Part shown: piece after piece, positions 34,917 through 45,147 of the stretch
How positions within the stretch are numbered: position 1 is the first letter of the stretch
Layout of the letters: each line of letters opens with the position of its first letter
Source: Bacillota bacterium
GTDB lineage: Bacteria > Bacillota > Clostridia > Lutisporales > Lutisporaceae
DNA: 64,000 nt
Reading direction: 5' to 3'
Assembly (NCBI GenBank): GCA_022706825.1
Contig: JAKJBU010000002.1
Span: 932-64,931 of the forward strand
Translations under genes and position numbers: made by a program
Notes under the pieces: generated by a model
Told to the model about the DNA's origin: nothing
The model's database searches: none
The model's input: only the letters and a program-made list of their open reading frames with translations

Positions 34917-36044
34917 TTATTTATGTTCAAGCAGCTGAGCATATACTTCCATATTGTCCTGCACCATTTTTTTTACGGAATAACTGTTTTCAATCACACT
35001 TCTGCCAAAGTCCCCCAGGGCTTTTCTTTCTTCGCTGCTTAGACTGAGCACTCTTAAAATATCATCCTTGAAGGATTTACTGTCTGCCTTGCTCTTCCCC
35101 CGGCCGGAAAAATTGGATTTGACTGCATCATCCAGGCTGTTTTCATTCAATATTCCTATATAGCCTTCATTGCCGGCAAGAATAAGGGGCCTTCCGGCAG
35201 ACAGTGCTTCCAGTGAGGAACGGCCAAAGCCGATGAATAAATCCGCCAGGGCGGTGAATTTGTTTATATCGGTGCGGGAGCCTGTAACAATTATTGTATC
35301 TTGCCCTGTAATGCTATTTATCTCCCGGGCTTTTTCCTTTATTGAGTCCAGAATATTTCCGCTGCCTACCATAATAACTTTAAGCCTTGGAATGCTTGCT
35401 GAAAGCTCGGGAACTATTTCCAGAAGCTTGTTTATTATATAGCCTCTGTCACTGTCAAACCGACTTATATACACTATTTTCATATCTTCCGGTTTGAGGT
35501 TCAGCTCATACATTATATCGGAGCAATCGATTCCGGAGGAGAATTTATCGGTATCAATTCCGTTTATTGTGACCTTAATATCCTTATCCTCAATCTTATA
35601 GTTGTCAAGAAGGTATTGCCTTATATCCTCGCTTACCGCCACGGTTTTCTGACCCCAATTGGTTATGTAGCGCAATCCGTAACCGGTTTTCCAGGTTCCG
35701 TGGGCAGTAGTCACAAAAGGAAATCCCATTCTTTTATGCAGCAGGCCGCATATAAATCCGGGAATACGGGCATGGGCATGTACCAGGTCTATTCTATCTT
35801 CTTTTATTATATTCTTCAGCCGGCAGTAAGCCTTTATCACATTGTGAGGCTTCTTGTTGTCCAGGGGCACGTGATATACCTTGATGCCGAATTCGGCCAG
35901 CTCCTTTTCATACACGCCCCCGGCAGATGCCGCAATTACATTGAAGCCTTCCCGGGAAAGCCCCTTGGCAAGCTCTACTATGTGAGTTTCCGCGCCGCCT
36001 ATGTCAAGGCGCATGGTTGTAATCAGAATGTTGTAATTGCGCAT
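34917..36044 (-). CDS. Family 4 (GT-B) glycosyltransferase
   Basis: ITTMRLDIGGAETHIVELAKGL N-terminus and C-terminal SSLEALSAGRPLI. Confidence 0.8.
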   Translation of the reverse strand: MRNYNILITTMRLDIGGAETHIVELAKGLSREGFNVIAASAGGVYEKELAEFGIKVYHVPLDNKKPHNVIKAYCRLKNIIKEDRIDLVHAHARIPGFICGLLHKRMGFPFVTTAHGTWKTGYGLRYITNWGQKTVAVSEDIRQYLLDNYKIEDKDIKVTINGIDTDKFSSGIDCSDIMYELNLKPEDMKIVYISRFDSDRGYIINKLLEIVPELSASIPRLKVIMVGSGNILDSIKEKAREINSITGQDTIIVTGSRTDINKFTALADLFIGFGRSSLEALSAGRPLILAGNEGYIGILNENSLDDAVKSNFSGRGKSKADSKSFKDDILRVLSLSSEERKALGDFGRSVIENSYSVKKMVQDNMEVYAQLLEHK

Positions 36045-36070
36045 ATAATGCCTCCGGATAATAAATATTT

Positions 36071-37753
36071 TCAGTTTCCTTTCAGGTTTACATTGTTATC
36101 GCTTATTATAAGCATGTATTCTCTTGAGCCCATTTTATTGTTTCCGTCGTATATTTCCACAGTCAGCTTGTGCCCGCCTTTAGGAACAGCAGATAAGTCA
36201 AGTTCTATGCTGTAAGGTATTACAGTCCTTACGGCATGGACATTTCCGTCAAGCTTGTATTGCACCGTGGGGTTTAGAACCTTTGGGACGACAGTGTAGG
36301 TTGAAAGCTCAAGCTTGAGGCCGGAGATACTGTAGTCAGTAACCTTTTCATATCTGAAGCCCGGATTGCCATTGATAGACGATATAAAATTGCCGCTGTT
36401 TACCAATTCATTATAAAGTTCGTTAAATGCTGAATTCCCATATAATGAATAGTCATCGTATTTGGTGATTATATCATTATTGGCATTGAAATAGTATATG
36501 CCCTTTAGCTCTGGATATATCATGGGGCCATACGTGTACAGCCGTCTCAGCTGCACTTTTGCCCAGGGAGACAAATCTTCCCCAGCAAGCTTTGCGTAAT
36601 GGCCTACCCCTGTTTCGGAAATCATTATGGGTTTTTTTGTGCCGTAAGCATCCATAATCGGCTTTATCTTGGCCAGGGGATTTGCATAATTTCCGGTCAT
36701 ATATACACTGTCATTAGTGTCCTGAAGGCTTCCCCAATCCTTTTTGCCCTGAAAGTAACGCTGTGTATATGTGCTTATCCCTATCCAGTCCACGTACTCA
36801 TCACCGGGATAGTATTGGTCATAGGTGCGGCCCTTGGCGGAAACATCATTGGGGGACCATACCATAGCCACGTTGGGAGCCTTGGACCTCATAATTTCGG
36901 AAACATACCTGAAGGCCGCTATAAATGAATTAGAATCCTTGCAGTTGTCTTTTATATTCATTTCACCGGCAAATCTGAGGAATACGGGTATCTTAAGCTT
37001 TCCCAGGTAATCTGCCGTGGCTCTTATATATGAATCATAGCTTTTTATGCTTTTAAGTACATTGTCAATTTCTGAATCTTCAATATTCCAGGCCAGTTGA
37101 AGGGCTATATTGTTTGCTGTTGCATCCATAAAATAACGGTCAAAGGACTTGATGTCCTCGTTCCAATGCAGGTATGTAAGGTAAGCGGTATTCTTCCTGG
37201 GAAAATAGTTTTTGATATCATCCCAGCGATAAGCCCCTATCCGCGGGTCTGTATCATAATTGCTGCCAAAATATACCCCTGACCTGGGTTCATATTTTGA
37301 ACCGAAGTAAACGCTCTTTTCCAGGTTTGTGGTTTTTGCATAAAGCTCAATATCAAATCCCAGTGTATTGATTTTTGATTTTGCATAAGTTACTCCATCC
37401 TTCCAGCCCAGCTTTTCAGCCTTGGGGATGTACCTGCTGAAATATTCAACGGCTAAGTCGAATTTTCCAAGGGCTTCGTAAGCTTTTGCAACTTGTTCCA
37501 GGCGTGGAGTTATGATTTCCAGCACTTGTTGGGTTTCTTCCATTCCATTGAACAGCTCTATTATTTTATTGCCATAAACAATAATATTATTCAGGTCGTT
37601 GGTATTCAAAGCATTTTGGTAAGGCGTAACCAAGCTCCAGAAAGCACTGGGTATTTTGGTGTCCGGTGCTGCCGCCGCTGCGGTACCGGGCATTAAAATA
37701 GCAATGAAAAAACAGAAAATAAGCAGTATTGATAAACTTCGTTTTAGCTTCAA
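36071..37753 (-). CDS. Secreted clan GH-A glycoside hydrolase, GH26-like
   Basis: Signal peptide MKLKRSLSILLIFCFFIAILMPGTAAAAA. Candidate catalytic motifs LRFAGEMN and MISETGV. The family assignment is tentative. Confidence 0.55.
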   Translation of the reverse strand: MKLKRSLSILLIFCFFIAILMPGTAAAAAPDTKIPSAFWSLVTPYQNALNTNDLNNIIVYGNKIIELFNGMEETQQVLEIITPRLEQVAKAYEALGKFDLAVEYFSRYIPKAEKLGWKDGVTYAKSKINTLGFDIELYAKTTNLEKSVYFGSKYEPRSGVYFGSNYDTDPRIGAYRWDDIKNYFPRKNTAYLTYLHWNEDIKSFDRYFMDATANNIALQLAWNIEDSEIDNVLKSIKSYDSYIRATADYLGKLKIPVFLRFAGEMNIKDNCKDSNSFIAAFRYVSEIMRSKAPNVAMVWSPNDVSAKGRTYDQYYPGDEYVDWIGISTYTQRYFQGKKDWGSLQDTNDSVYMTGNYANPLAKIKPIMDAYGTKKPIMISETGVGHYAKLAGEDLSPWAKVQLRRLYTYGPMIYPELKGIYYFNANNDIITKYDDYSLYGNSAFNELYNELVNSGNFISSINGNPGFRYEKVTDYSISGLKLELSTYTVVPKVLNPTVQYKLDGNVHAVRTVIPYSIELDLSAVPKGGHKLTVEIYDGNNKMGSREYMLIISDNNVNLKGN

Positions 37754-37764
37754 ATATATACCTC

Positions 37765-39024
37765 CTACTTTTCCTCGATGCGCCTAATTTTTGCACCAAG
37801 GTTTATAAGCTTTTCCTCCAATCTTTCATAACCTCTGTCAATATAGCTGATATTGCTTATGGTAGTCTTTCCTTCAGCAGTAAGGCCTGCAACAACCATT
37901 GCCGCCCCTGCTCTCAGATCGGTGGCATAAACGGGAGCACCAGTTAGCTTTGAGACTCCTTCTATTACGGCTACCCTGCCTTCGATTTTTATTTTTGCCC
38001 CCATTCTTTTCAGCTCATCAAAGTACTTGAACCGGGACTCAAATATGCTTTCTGTCACGATCCCGGTGCCCTCGGAAACAGAAAGCAGTACGCTCATAGG
38101 CTGCTGCATGTCCGTAGGGAAACCCGGATAGGGCATTGTTTTAATATTAACCGCTTTTGTTCTTGCGGGGGCTTTAACTCTTATGGAATCTTCGTATTCC
38201 GTAATTTCCACACCCATTTCCCTGAGCTTTGCAGAAACTGCATCAAGGTGAGTGGGGATAATATTTTTGATAAGAACATCGCCTCTGGTAGCGGCAGTGG
38301 CTATCATATAGGTTCCTGCTTCCATCTGATCGGGTATCACGCTGTACTCGCAGCCTCCCAGGGATTCAACACCTTTGATTTTAATGATATCGGTGCCCGC
38401 GCCCTTGATATTGGCTCCCAAGGCATTGAGGAAGTTGGCAGTATCTACTATATACGGCTCCTTTGCTGCGTTCTCTATAGTAGTAGTGCCTTTTGCCATA
38501 CAGGCGGCAAGCATTATGTTGATAGTGGCTCCTACGCTTACCACATCAAGATATATTCTTGCACCCTTCAGCTCATCGGTTTTTGCTTTTATAAGGCCGT
38601 GGGAAATTTTGATTTTGGCCCCGAGAGCCTCAAGGCCCTTAATATGAAGATCCACAGGCCTTACTCCTATATCACAGCCTCCCGGGAAGGGAACCTCGGC
38701 TCTTTTGAACCTGCCAAGAAGGGCACCCAGGAAATAATACGAAGCCCTCATTTTTTTTGCCAGCTCCAGGTCTATTTTATGGGTGACGATTCCCGAAGTG
38801 TCTATTTTTATTTTATCATTGTCAAGTATATGTATTTTCCCGCCCATTTGTATAAGCATGTCCCTCAGATAAGTAACATCCTTTACCATGGGAAGGTTTT
38901 TTATAGTGCAGGCTGAGCCTGCAAGAATTGTAGCAGGCAGTATTGCCACTGCTGCGTTTTTGGCTCCGCTGATGCTGACCTCACCGGTAAGCTTCTGGGA
39001 GCCCTCTATTAATATTTTTTCCAA
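37765..39024 (-). CDS. murA: UDP-N-acetylglucosamine 1-carboxyvinyltransferase
   Basis: LEKILIEGSQKLTGEVSISGAKNAAVAILPA, GGCDIGVRPVDLH (active-site Cys) and DLRAGAAMVVAGL. The probable TTG start at 39024 follows AAGGGG; the track ORF extends to 39069. Confidence 0.9.
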   Translation of the reverse strand: MEKILIEGSQKLTGEVSISGAKNAAVAILPATILAGSACTIKNLPMVKDVTYLRDMLIQMGGKIHILDNDKIKIDTSGIVTHKIDLELAKKMRASYYFLGALLGRFKRAEVPFPGGCDIGVRPVDLHIKGLEALGAKIKISHGLIKAKTDELKGARIYLDVVSVGATINIMLAACMAKGTTTIENAAKEPYIVDTANFLNALGANIKGAGTDIIKIKGVESLGGCEYSVIPDQMEAGTYMIATAATRGDVLIKNIIPTHLDAVSAKLREMGVEITEYEDSIRVKAPARTKAVNIKTMPYPGFPTDMQQPMSVLLSVSEGTGIVTESIFESRFKYFDELKRMGAKIKIEGRVAVIEGVSKLTGAPVYATDLRAGAAMVVAGLTAEGKTTISNISYIDRGYERLEEKLINLGAKIRRIEEK

Positions 39025-39203
39025 TACATTCGACCCCTTATAACAAGATTTTAATGAGGGTTTTTGCACACCTGCAAAAACCTATCCGGGCAAAAATTTG
39101 ACATATAGCTTATTGCATCTACATTATATCACTGTTTTTATGATTTGATAATATGATATAATATTTACCAGATATGAATATTGGGTTTAAGGATGGGTGG
39201 CTT

Positions 39204-39935
39204 ATGAACGGCGGGGTAGAAGTAGTAGGAATAAAAATTGATAATGTAAATATGGATGAAGCGGCGGCTTTAATGGAAGAATTTCTTGAAACCGACAGAT
39301 GCAGCATGGTTTTTACCCCCAACAGCGAGATTTTGCTTACGGCAGTCAGGGATAGGGAGTTCGAGAGTATTTTAAACAGCGGCCATCTTGTAGTTCCGGA
39401 TGGAATAGGAGTAGTAATTGCTTCAAGGTTTTATGGCACTCCTGTAAAAGAGAGGGTCGCAGGCTTTGACCTGATGATGAGGCTTATGGATATGGCCGAT
39501 TCCCGGGGCAATAGCGTTTATCTTCTGGGAGGCAGGGAAGGTGTGGCTGAAGAGGCTGCCATAAAGCTTACCGAGAGTTATGGGAACCTGAGGATAGCGG
39601 GAACACGAAACGGTTATTTCGAAGAAGATTCAGAAAATAATATTGTAAATGAGATAAACAACAGCAAGGCAGACATTCTTTTAGCGGCATTAGGTGCCCC
39701 GAAGCAGGAGAAATTCATATATAAGCACAGCGATAAGCTGAAAGTAAAGATTGCCATGGGGGTGGGAGGAAGTCTGGATGTGCTTGCGGGCAAAGTGAAA
39801 AGGGCTCCCGAGTTTTATCAGAAAGCCGGGTTGGAGTGGTTTTACAGGCTTGTGAAGGAGCCCAGGAGAATTATAAGAGTCCTGAGGATCCCCAAATTCA
39901 TAGCCCTTGCATTCTATGATGCAAAGTTAAAATAG
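39204..39935 (+). CDS. tagA: WecB/TagA/CpsF-family glycosyltransferase (N-acetylmannosaminyltransferase-like)
   Basis: VVGIKIDNVNMDEA...FTPNSEIL...VPDGIGVV...LGAPKQEKFI...EWFYRLVKEPRR. Confidence 0.8.
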   Translation: MNGGVEVVGIKIDNVNMDEAAALMEEFLETDRCSMVFTPNSEILLTAVRDREFESILNSGHLVVPDGIGVVIASRFYGTPVKERVAGFDLMMRLMDMADSRGNSVYLLGGREGVAEEAAIKLTESYGNLRIAGTRNGYFEEDSENNIVNEINNSKADILLAALGAPKQEKFIYKHSDKLKVKIAMGVGGSLDVLAGKVKRAPEFYQKAGLEWFYRLVKEPRRIIRVLRIPKFIALAFYDAKLK

Positions 39936-40084
39936 CTATCTATATAGGTTGCAATAAAGAAGCTGCAAGGAAGAATTATGTAACCTATGAAATCAAGGAA
40001 AATGTTTTGCAATATTTGAATTTCAATGTAAAATGTTTATTGCAAAACATATAGAATGTATTAAAGTTGAGAGGAGAGTGCTGA

Positions 40085-42496
40085 ATGAGCAAATTTAGAG
40101 AATTGGCCCCGGAGGAACTGAGCAACAAAATTGACTGCGGCTTATTTGAGTTTGAAACCACAGCGGACCTGGATCCGTTAAATGGTATTATCGGACAGAG
40201 CAGGGCTGCTGCAGCAATGGAGTTCGGGCTTGCAATCAAAAGGCCCGGCTATAATATATATGTCTCCGGAATAACAGGCACCGGAAGGAGCAGCTATACC
40301 AGGTCCATAGTAAGCAGGATAGCCGCAAATGAAAGCATACCTGATGATTGGTGCTATGTATATAATTTCAAGAATCCTGACAAACCTAAGTGTATAAACC
40401 TGCCGGCCGGAATGGGGTACAAGCTTCAAAGAGATATGAAAAGGCTCTTAAAGGATCTTAAGATAAAGGTTCCCCAGGCTTTTGAAGGGGAAGAATATGA
40501 AAAGCAGAAGGGTCAGATTATACAGGAGTATCAGGCGAAAAGCTCCGAATATATGGAGGCCTTCAATACTTTTGCAAGAGAGCAGGGCTTCGTTATAAGA
40601 AAGAGCGAGCACGGGCTTATGACCATCCCCCTCCGGGACGGAAAGCCAATGGACGACAAAGACTATATAGAGATATCTCCTGAGGAAAGAAAGAAGATAG
40701 AGGATAATTCCTTCATGGTTCAGGGAAAACTAATGGAGACGCTGAAGCGGATGAAGGAAATAGAGAAAGCCGCCAGAGACAAGATTGACCAGTTGGAAAC
40801 AAAAATAGCGCTTCTTGCAGTGGAACAGCCGATAATGGAGCTGAAGGAAAAGTACGAAAAGCACAAGAATATAATTGAATACCTTCAGGCTGTTCAGCGG
40901 GACATAATACATAATGTGGAGGATTTCAGATATTTGGAGGCCGGCAAGGCTGAACCCCTTGACCTGGTGGAAAGAATCAGGGAAAAGGATTTCACAATAA
41001 AGTATCAGGTCAACCTGGTAGTAGACAACAGGGATACAAAGGGCGCTCCCGTCATTTTGGAATCAAACCCCAAATATGATAACCTGTTGGGTAAAATTGA
41101 ATATGAAAGCAATATGGGGGTAGTCACAACAGATTTTACCAAGATAAAGTCAGGGTCACTTCATCAGGCCAATGGGGGCTATATAATAATCAATATGTCC
41201 GACTTGATGAGAAATCCTGAGAGCTGGGAAGGAATAAAAAGATCCATAAAAACAGGAAACATAACTATTGAAAATATATTTTCCATGTCAGGTATTGTAT
41301 CCGGAGGTATAAAACCGGAGCCCATACCATTGAACGTAAAGATTATTCTTATAGGAAGCTCCTATGTATATCAAATACTTTACACCCATGATGAGGACTT
41401 CAGAAAGCTTTTTAAAATCAAGGCGGATTTTGACACAGACATGAGCAGTGACAAGGAAAACTGCTTAAAATATGCAAGCTTTATTAGATCTCACTGTGAG
41501 GAAAACGGGCTTATGCACTTTGACAGAACCGCCGTGGCAGCCGTGATAGAATACAGCAGGAGGTTGGCAGAGCATAAATACAAGCTTTCTACAAGATTCA
41601 ACGATATAATTGAAGTATTATATGAGGCTGATGCCTGGGCAAGAATAGCAGGAGAACAGAAAGTAACGGGCAGCAGTGTAAAAAAGGCAATTGAGCAGAA
41701 GTGGTACCGTTCAAGCAGGATAGAAGAAAAGATGCAGGAGCTGATTGATACGGGGGTAGTGCTTATTTCTACGGAAGAGAAGGTTGTAGGGCAGGTCAAC
41801 GGACTCTCGGTAATGAACTTCGGCGATTACACCTTTGGGAAGCCAAGCAGGATAACGGCAGCCGCCTATGCCGGAGAGAAAGGTATAGTAAATATTGAAC
41901 GGGAAGTTGAAATGAGCGGAAGCATCCATGATAAAGGGGTGCTGATACTTACCGGATACCTGGGAGACAAGTTTGCGCAGGATTTTCCCCTTACAATTTC
42001 GGCAAGCATATGCTTTGAGCAGCTTTATGAAGGCGTTGAGGGGGACAGCGCATCCAGCACCGAATTGTATGCCCTGCTGTCGAGCCTGTCGGAGCTGCCT
42101 GTAAAGCAATATATAGCTGTTACAGGATCGGTTAACCAGAAAGGTGAGATACAGCCCATAGGCGGTGTTAATGAAAAGATAGAAGGCTTTTTCCAGACCT
42201 GCAAAACCAGAGGCCTTAAAGGGAATGAAGGAGTAATGATACCTTGGCAGAATGTTGATAATCTTATGTTGAAGGATGAGGTTATAGAAGCCGTCAGGGA
42301 AGGTATGTTTCACATATATCCTGTGAAGAGCATAGAGGAGGGAATAGAAATTCTTACCGATGTACCTGCAGGAACCAGGGATGAGAACGGAAACTATCCT
42401 GAAAATACGATATTCCATTTGGTACAGAAGAAGATAGAAAAGTTTGCAAAAATTGCCGAGGAGTTCGACGATTGCGATCAGGAACGCAGAGTATAG
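40085..42496 (+). CDS. Lon-like (S16) protease with an AAA-like domain and inserted coiled coil, LonC-type
   Basis: N-terminus IIGQSRAAAAMEFGL...YVSGITGTGRSS. Long helical insert. C-terminal Lon protease domain with EGDSASS (Ser) and GGVNEKIEGF (Lys). Confidence 0.8.
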   Translation: MSKFRELAPEELSNKIDCGLFEFETTADLDPLNGIIGQSRAAAAMEFGLAIKRPGYNIYVSGITGTGRSSYTRSIVSRIAANESIPDDWCYVYNFKNPDKPKCINLPAGMGYKLQRDMKRLLKDLKIKVPQAFEGEEYEKQKGQIIQEYQAKSSEYMEAFNTFAREQGFVIRKSEHGLMTIPLRDGKPMDDKDYIEISPEERKKIEDNSFMVQGKLMETLKRMKEIEKAARDKIDQLETKIALLAVEQPIMELKEKYEKHKNIIEYLQAVQRDIIHNVEDFRYLEAGKAEPLDLVERIREKDFTIKYQVNLVVDNRDTKGAPVILESNPKYDNLLGKIEYESNMGVVTTDFTKIKSGSLHQANGGYIIINMSDLMRNPESWEGIKRSIKTGNITIENIFSMSGIVSGGIKPEPIPLNVKIILIGSSYVYQILYTHDEDFRKLFKIKADFDTDMSSDKENCLKYASFIRSHCEENGLMHFDRTAVAAVIEYSRRLAEHKYKLSTRFNDIIEVLYEADAWARIAGEQKVTGSSVKKAIEQKWYRSSRIEEKMQELIDTGVVLISTEEKVVGQVNGLSVMNFGDYTFGKPSRITAAAYAGEKGIVNIEREVEMSGSIHDKGVLILTGYLGDKFAQDFPLTISASICFEQLYEGVEGDSASSTELYALLSSLSELPVKQYIAVTGSVNQKGEIQPIGGVNEKIEGFFQTCKTRGLKGNEGVMIPWQNVDNLMLKDEVIEAVREGMFHIYPVKSIEEGIEILTDVPAGTRDENGNYPENTIFHLVQKKIEKFAKIAEEFDDCDQERRV

Positions 42497-42504
42497 ATAC
42501 GGGC

Positions 42505-42525
42505 ACGGGGTACGGGGTACGGGGT
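42505..42525. repeat. Tandem heptamer (ACGGGGT)x3
   Basis: Seen directly between the Lon-like stop and the ahcY RBS. Confidence 0.6.
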
Positions 42526-42546
42526 GCGAGATAGGGAGGTTTAAGA

Positions 42547-43797
42547 ATGAGAGAGAGTATAATCAGAGATATTAGCTCGGCTGAGTCAGGCCATAGGAAA
42601 ATAGAATGGGTAAAAGGCCATATGCCTGTACTGTCTGCTATAGAGAAGGAATTTATAGAAGAGCAGCCCTTTGCAGGTAAGAAAATAGCTATGTCAATAC
42701 ACCTTGAAGCAAAGACTGCATATCTTTCCAAGGTATTGAAAGCGGGCGGCGCAGAAGTTTTCGTAACAGGAAGCAACCCCCTCTCCACCCAGGATGATGT
42801 TGCGGCAGCGCTGGTAGAGGATGGGCTTAATGTATATGCCTGGTATAATGCCACTCCTGAGGAGTATAACCATCATCTGAACGCGGCTTTGGATATAGGA
42901 CCCAATATAGTCATAGATGACGGGGGCGACCTGGTGCATCTTCTGCATGGCGAAAGGCAGGAACTGCTGCCTGATATATTGGGAGGCAGCGAGGAAACAA
43001 CTACGGGAGTATTGAGGCTTAAGGCCAGGGAAAGAGAGGGCCTTCTCAGATTTCCCATGATTTCTGTCAATGATGCTTACTGCAAATACTTGTTTGACAA
43101 CAGGTACGGTACAGGCCAGTCGGTATGGGACGGAATAATGAGGACCACCAATCTTATAGTTGCCGGAAAGAACGCGGTGGTAATAGGCTATGGATGGTGC
43201 GGCAAGGGTGTGGCTATGAAAGCCAAGGGCCTTGGCGCCAATGTAACGGTATGTGAAATTGACCCTATAAAGGCTATAGAGGCGTATATGGACGGTTTTC
43301 AGGTGATGTCCGTAGATGAAGCGGCATCCATAGGGGATTTCTTTATAACTGTCACAGGCTGCGCAAAGGTCATCACAGAAAAGCACTACAAGGCCATGAA
43401 GAACGGAGTTGTACTGGCCAACGCCGGCCATTTCGACGTTGAGATCTGGAAGCCCGATTTGGAAACCCTCAGCTGCGGGAAAAAACCAATGAGAAACAAT
43501 ATAATGGGATATGTCATGGAGGACGGAAGGATAATAAACCTGCTGGCGGAGGGAAGGCTTGTGAACCTTGCCGCCGGAGACGGACATCCTGCCGAGATAA
43601 TGGATATGAGCTTTGCACTTCAGGCTCTTACTGCAAGATATATCAGCCTTAACAAGGAAAAGCTTGAGAACAGGGTATATAAAGTACCGGAGGAAATAGA
43701 CAGAAAAGTTGCCGATATGAAGCTTAATGCTCTGGGAATAATGATAGATAAGCTTACAAAGGAGCAGGAAGAATATCTTAGAGGCTGGGGAGAGTAG
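42547..43797 (+). CDS. ahcY: Adenosylhomocysteinase-family hydrolase (SAH or S-inosylhomocysteine hydrolase)
   Basis: HLEAKTA, ETTTGV, NAD site [31 protein letters not shown]. Confidence 0.9.
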   Translation: MRESIIRDISSAESGHRKIEWVKGHMPVLSAIEKEFIEEQPFAGKKIAMSIHLEAKTAYLSKVLKAGGAEVFVTGSNPLSTQDDVAAALVEDGLNVYAWYNATPEEYNHHLNAALDIGPNIVIDDGGDLVHLLHGERQELLPDILGGSEETTTGVLRLKAREREGLLRFPMISVNDAYCKYLFDNRYGTGQSVWDGIMRTTNLIVAGKNAVVIGYGWCGKGVAMKAKGLGANVTVCEIDPIKAIEAYMDGFQVMSVDEAASIGDFFITVTGCAKVITEKHYKAMKNGVVLANAGHFDVEIWKPDLETLSCGKKPMRNNIMGYVMEDGRIINLLAEGRLVNLAAGDGHPAEIMDMSFALQALTARYISLNKEKLENRVYKVPEEIDRKVADMKLNALGIMIDKLTKEQEEYLRGWGE

Positions 43798-43800
43798 CAC

Positions 43801-45114
43801 ATGGATATATTGTTAAAAAACGCACAGATTGTAACCCTTAATGATAATGATGACGTAATACCGGAAGGCAGTATCGGAATACGGGATAATCGGATTGACT
43901 TCATAGGGGAAGGCAATGGGTGTATTGAAGCAGAATATTCAAAGGTTATTGATTGCAAGGGCAGGACGGTTATGCCCGGTTTTGTAAATGCCCATAACCA
44001 TCTGGCAATGACAATGTTCAGGAATTATGCCGATGATATGAAGCTTATGGATTGGCTTTTTACAAAAATATTTCCCCTGGAAGACAAGCAGACCGATGAA
44101 TCGGTGTATTGGGGAAGCCTTCTTGCCATGGTTGAGATGATAAAAAGCGGGACAACAACCTTTGCCGATATGTACTTCTTTATGGAAAGCACCGCCCGTG
44201 CGGCTGCCGAATCCGGGATGAGGGCTGTGCTCTCCAGGGGGCTTCAGGGGGAATCAGGGGAAGAAGAGCCGGATTACAGGCTTAAGGAAAGTGATGAGCT
44301 GTTCCGGAAGTTTCATAACAGCTATAATGGCCGGATAAAGGTGATGCTGGCCCCCCATTCTGTATATACCTGTTCGGAGGCATATTTGAGGAAGGTGGCG
44401 GCAAAGTCTCTGGAACAAGAGATACCTGTGCAGATACATCTTTCGGAGACAAAGGAAGAGGTGAGTACCTGCATTGAAAAATTCGGACGGTCACCGGTGA
44501 AGTACCTTGAGGATCTGGGGCTTCTGAATGACAGGACGGTAGCGGCACACTGCGTGGCAGTTGATGACGACGACATTGGAATTTTAGCTTCCCGCAGGGT
44601 AAATGTGGTACATAATCCGGGAAGCAATATGAAGCTGGCAAGCGGAATAGCGCCGGTTGCAAAGATGCTGGAGAAAGGCATAAATGTATGCCTGGGAACT
44701 GACGGAGCTTCCAGCAACAATAACCTGGACATGTTGGAAGAAATGAGGCTGGCAGCGTATTTGCAGAAAATATATACTAATGATCCTACGGTTCTGCCGG
44801 CGGAGGCCGTTATTAGAATGGCAACTTTGAAGGGTGCAAAGGCCCTGGGATTTGAAAACCTTGGCAGCATCGAGGCGGGAAAGGCTGCAGACCTGATAGT
44901 TCTTAATACCGAGAGAGCCCACTATTATCCGAAGCATAATATAAAATCCGCAATCGTTTATTCCGGGAACTCCGCTGACGTGGAGACGGTTATAATTGAC
45001 GGAAATTTGGTAATGGAAAGCGGACACCTTGTCACTCTTGATGAGGAAAGGATACTTTATAAGGCTCAGAAATGGGCCTCAAAGCTGACAGGGCAAGAAT
45101 GCCCGCAGCCTTAG
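43801..45114 (+). CDS. mtaD: 5'-methylthioadenosine / S-adenosylhomocysteine deaminase (amidohydrolase)
   Basis: PGFVNAHNHLAMT metal-binding motif, HLSET, AAHCV, LGTDGASSNNNLDM. Confidence 0.85.
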   Translation: MDILLKNAQIVTLNDNDDVIPEGSIGIRDNRIDFIGEGNGCIEAEYSKVIDCKGRTVMPGFVNAHNHLAMTMFRNYADDMKLMDWLFTKIFPLEDKQTDESVYWGSLLAMVEMIKSGTTTFADMYFFMESTARAAAESGMRAVLSRGLQGESGEEEPDYRLKESDELFRKFHNSYNGRIKVMLAPHSVYTCSEAYLRKVAAKSLEQEIPVQIHLSETKEEVSTCIEKFGRSPVKYLEDLGLLNDRTVAAHCVAVDDDDIGILASRRVNVVHNPGSNMKLASGIAPVAKMLEKGINVCLGTDGASSNNNLDMLEEMRLAAYLQKIYTNDPTVLPAEAVIRMATLKGAKALGFENLGSIEAGKAADLIVLNTERAHYYPKHNIKSAIVYSGNSADVETVIIDGNLVMESGHLVTLDEERILYKAQKWASKLTGQECPQP

Positions 45115-45147
45115 GGAAACACTACTAACGAAAGGCGGTTTGTTATA

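Noticed and set aside
42497-42546. SAH riboswitch upstream of ahcY
   Set aside because: Only about 50 nt of spacer are available. It consists of the ACGGGGT heptamer tract plus the RBS, which is too short and does not resemble the SAH aptamer.
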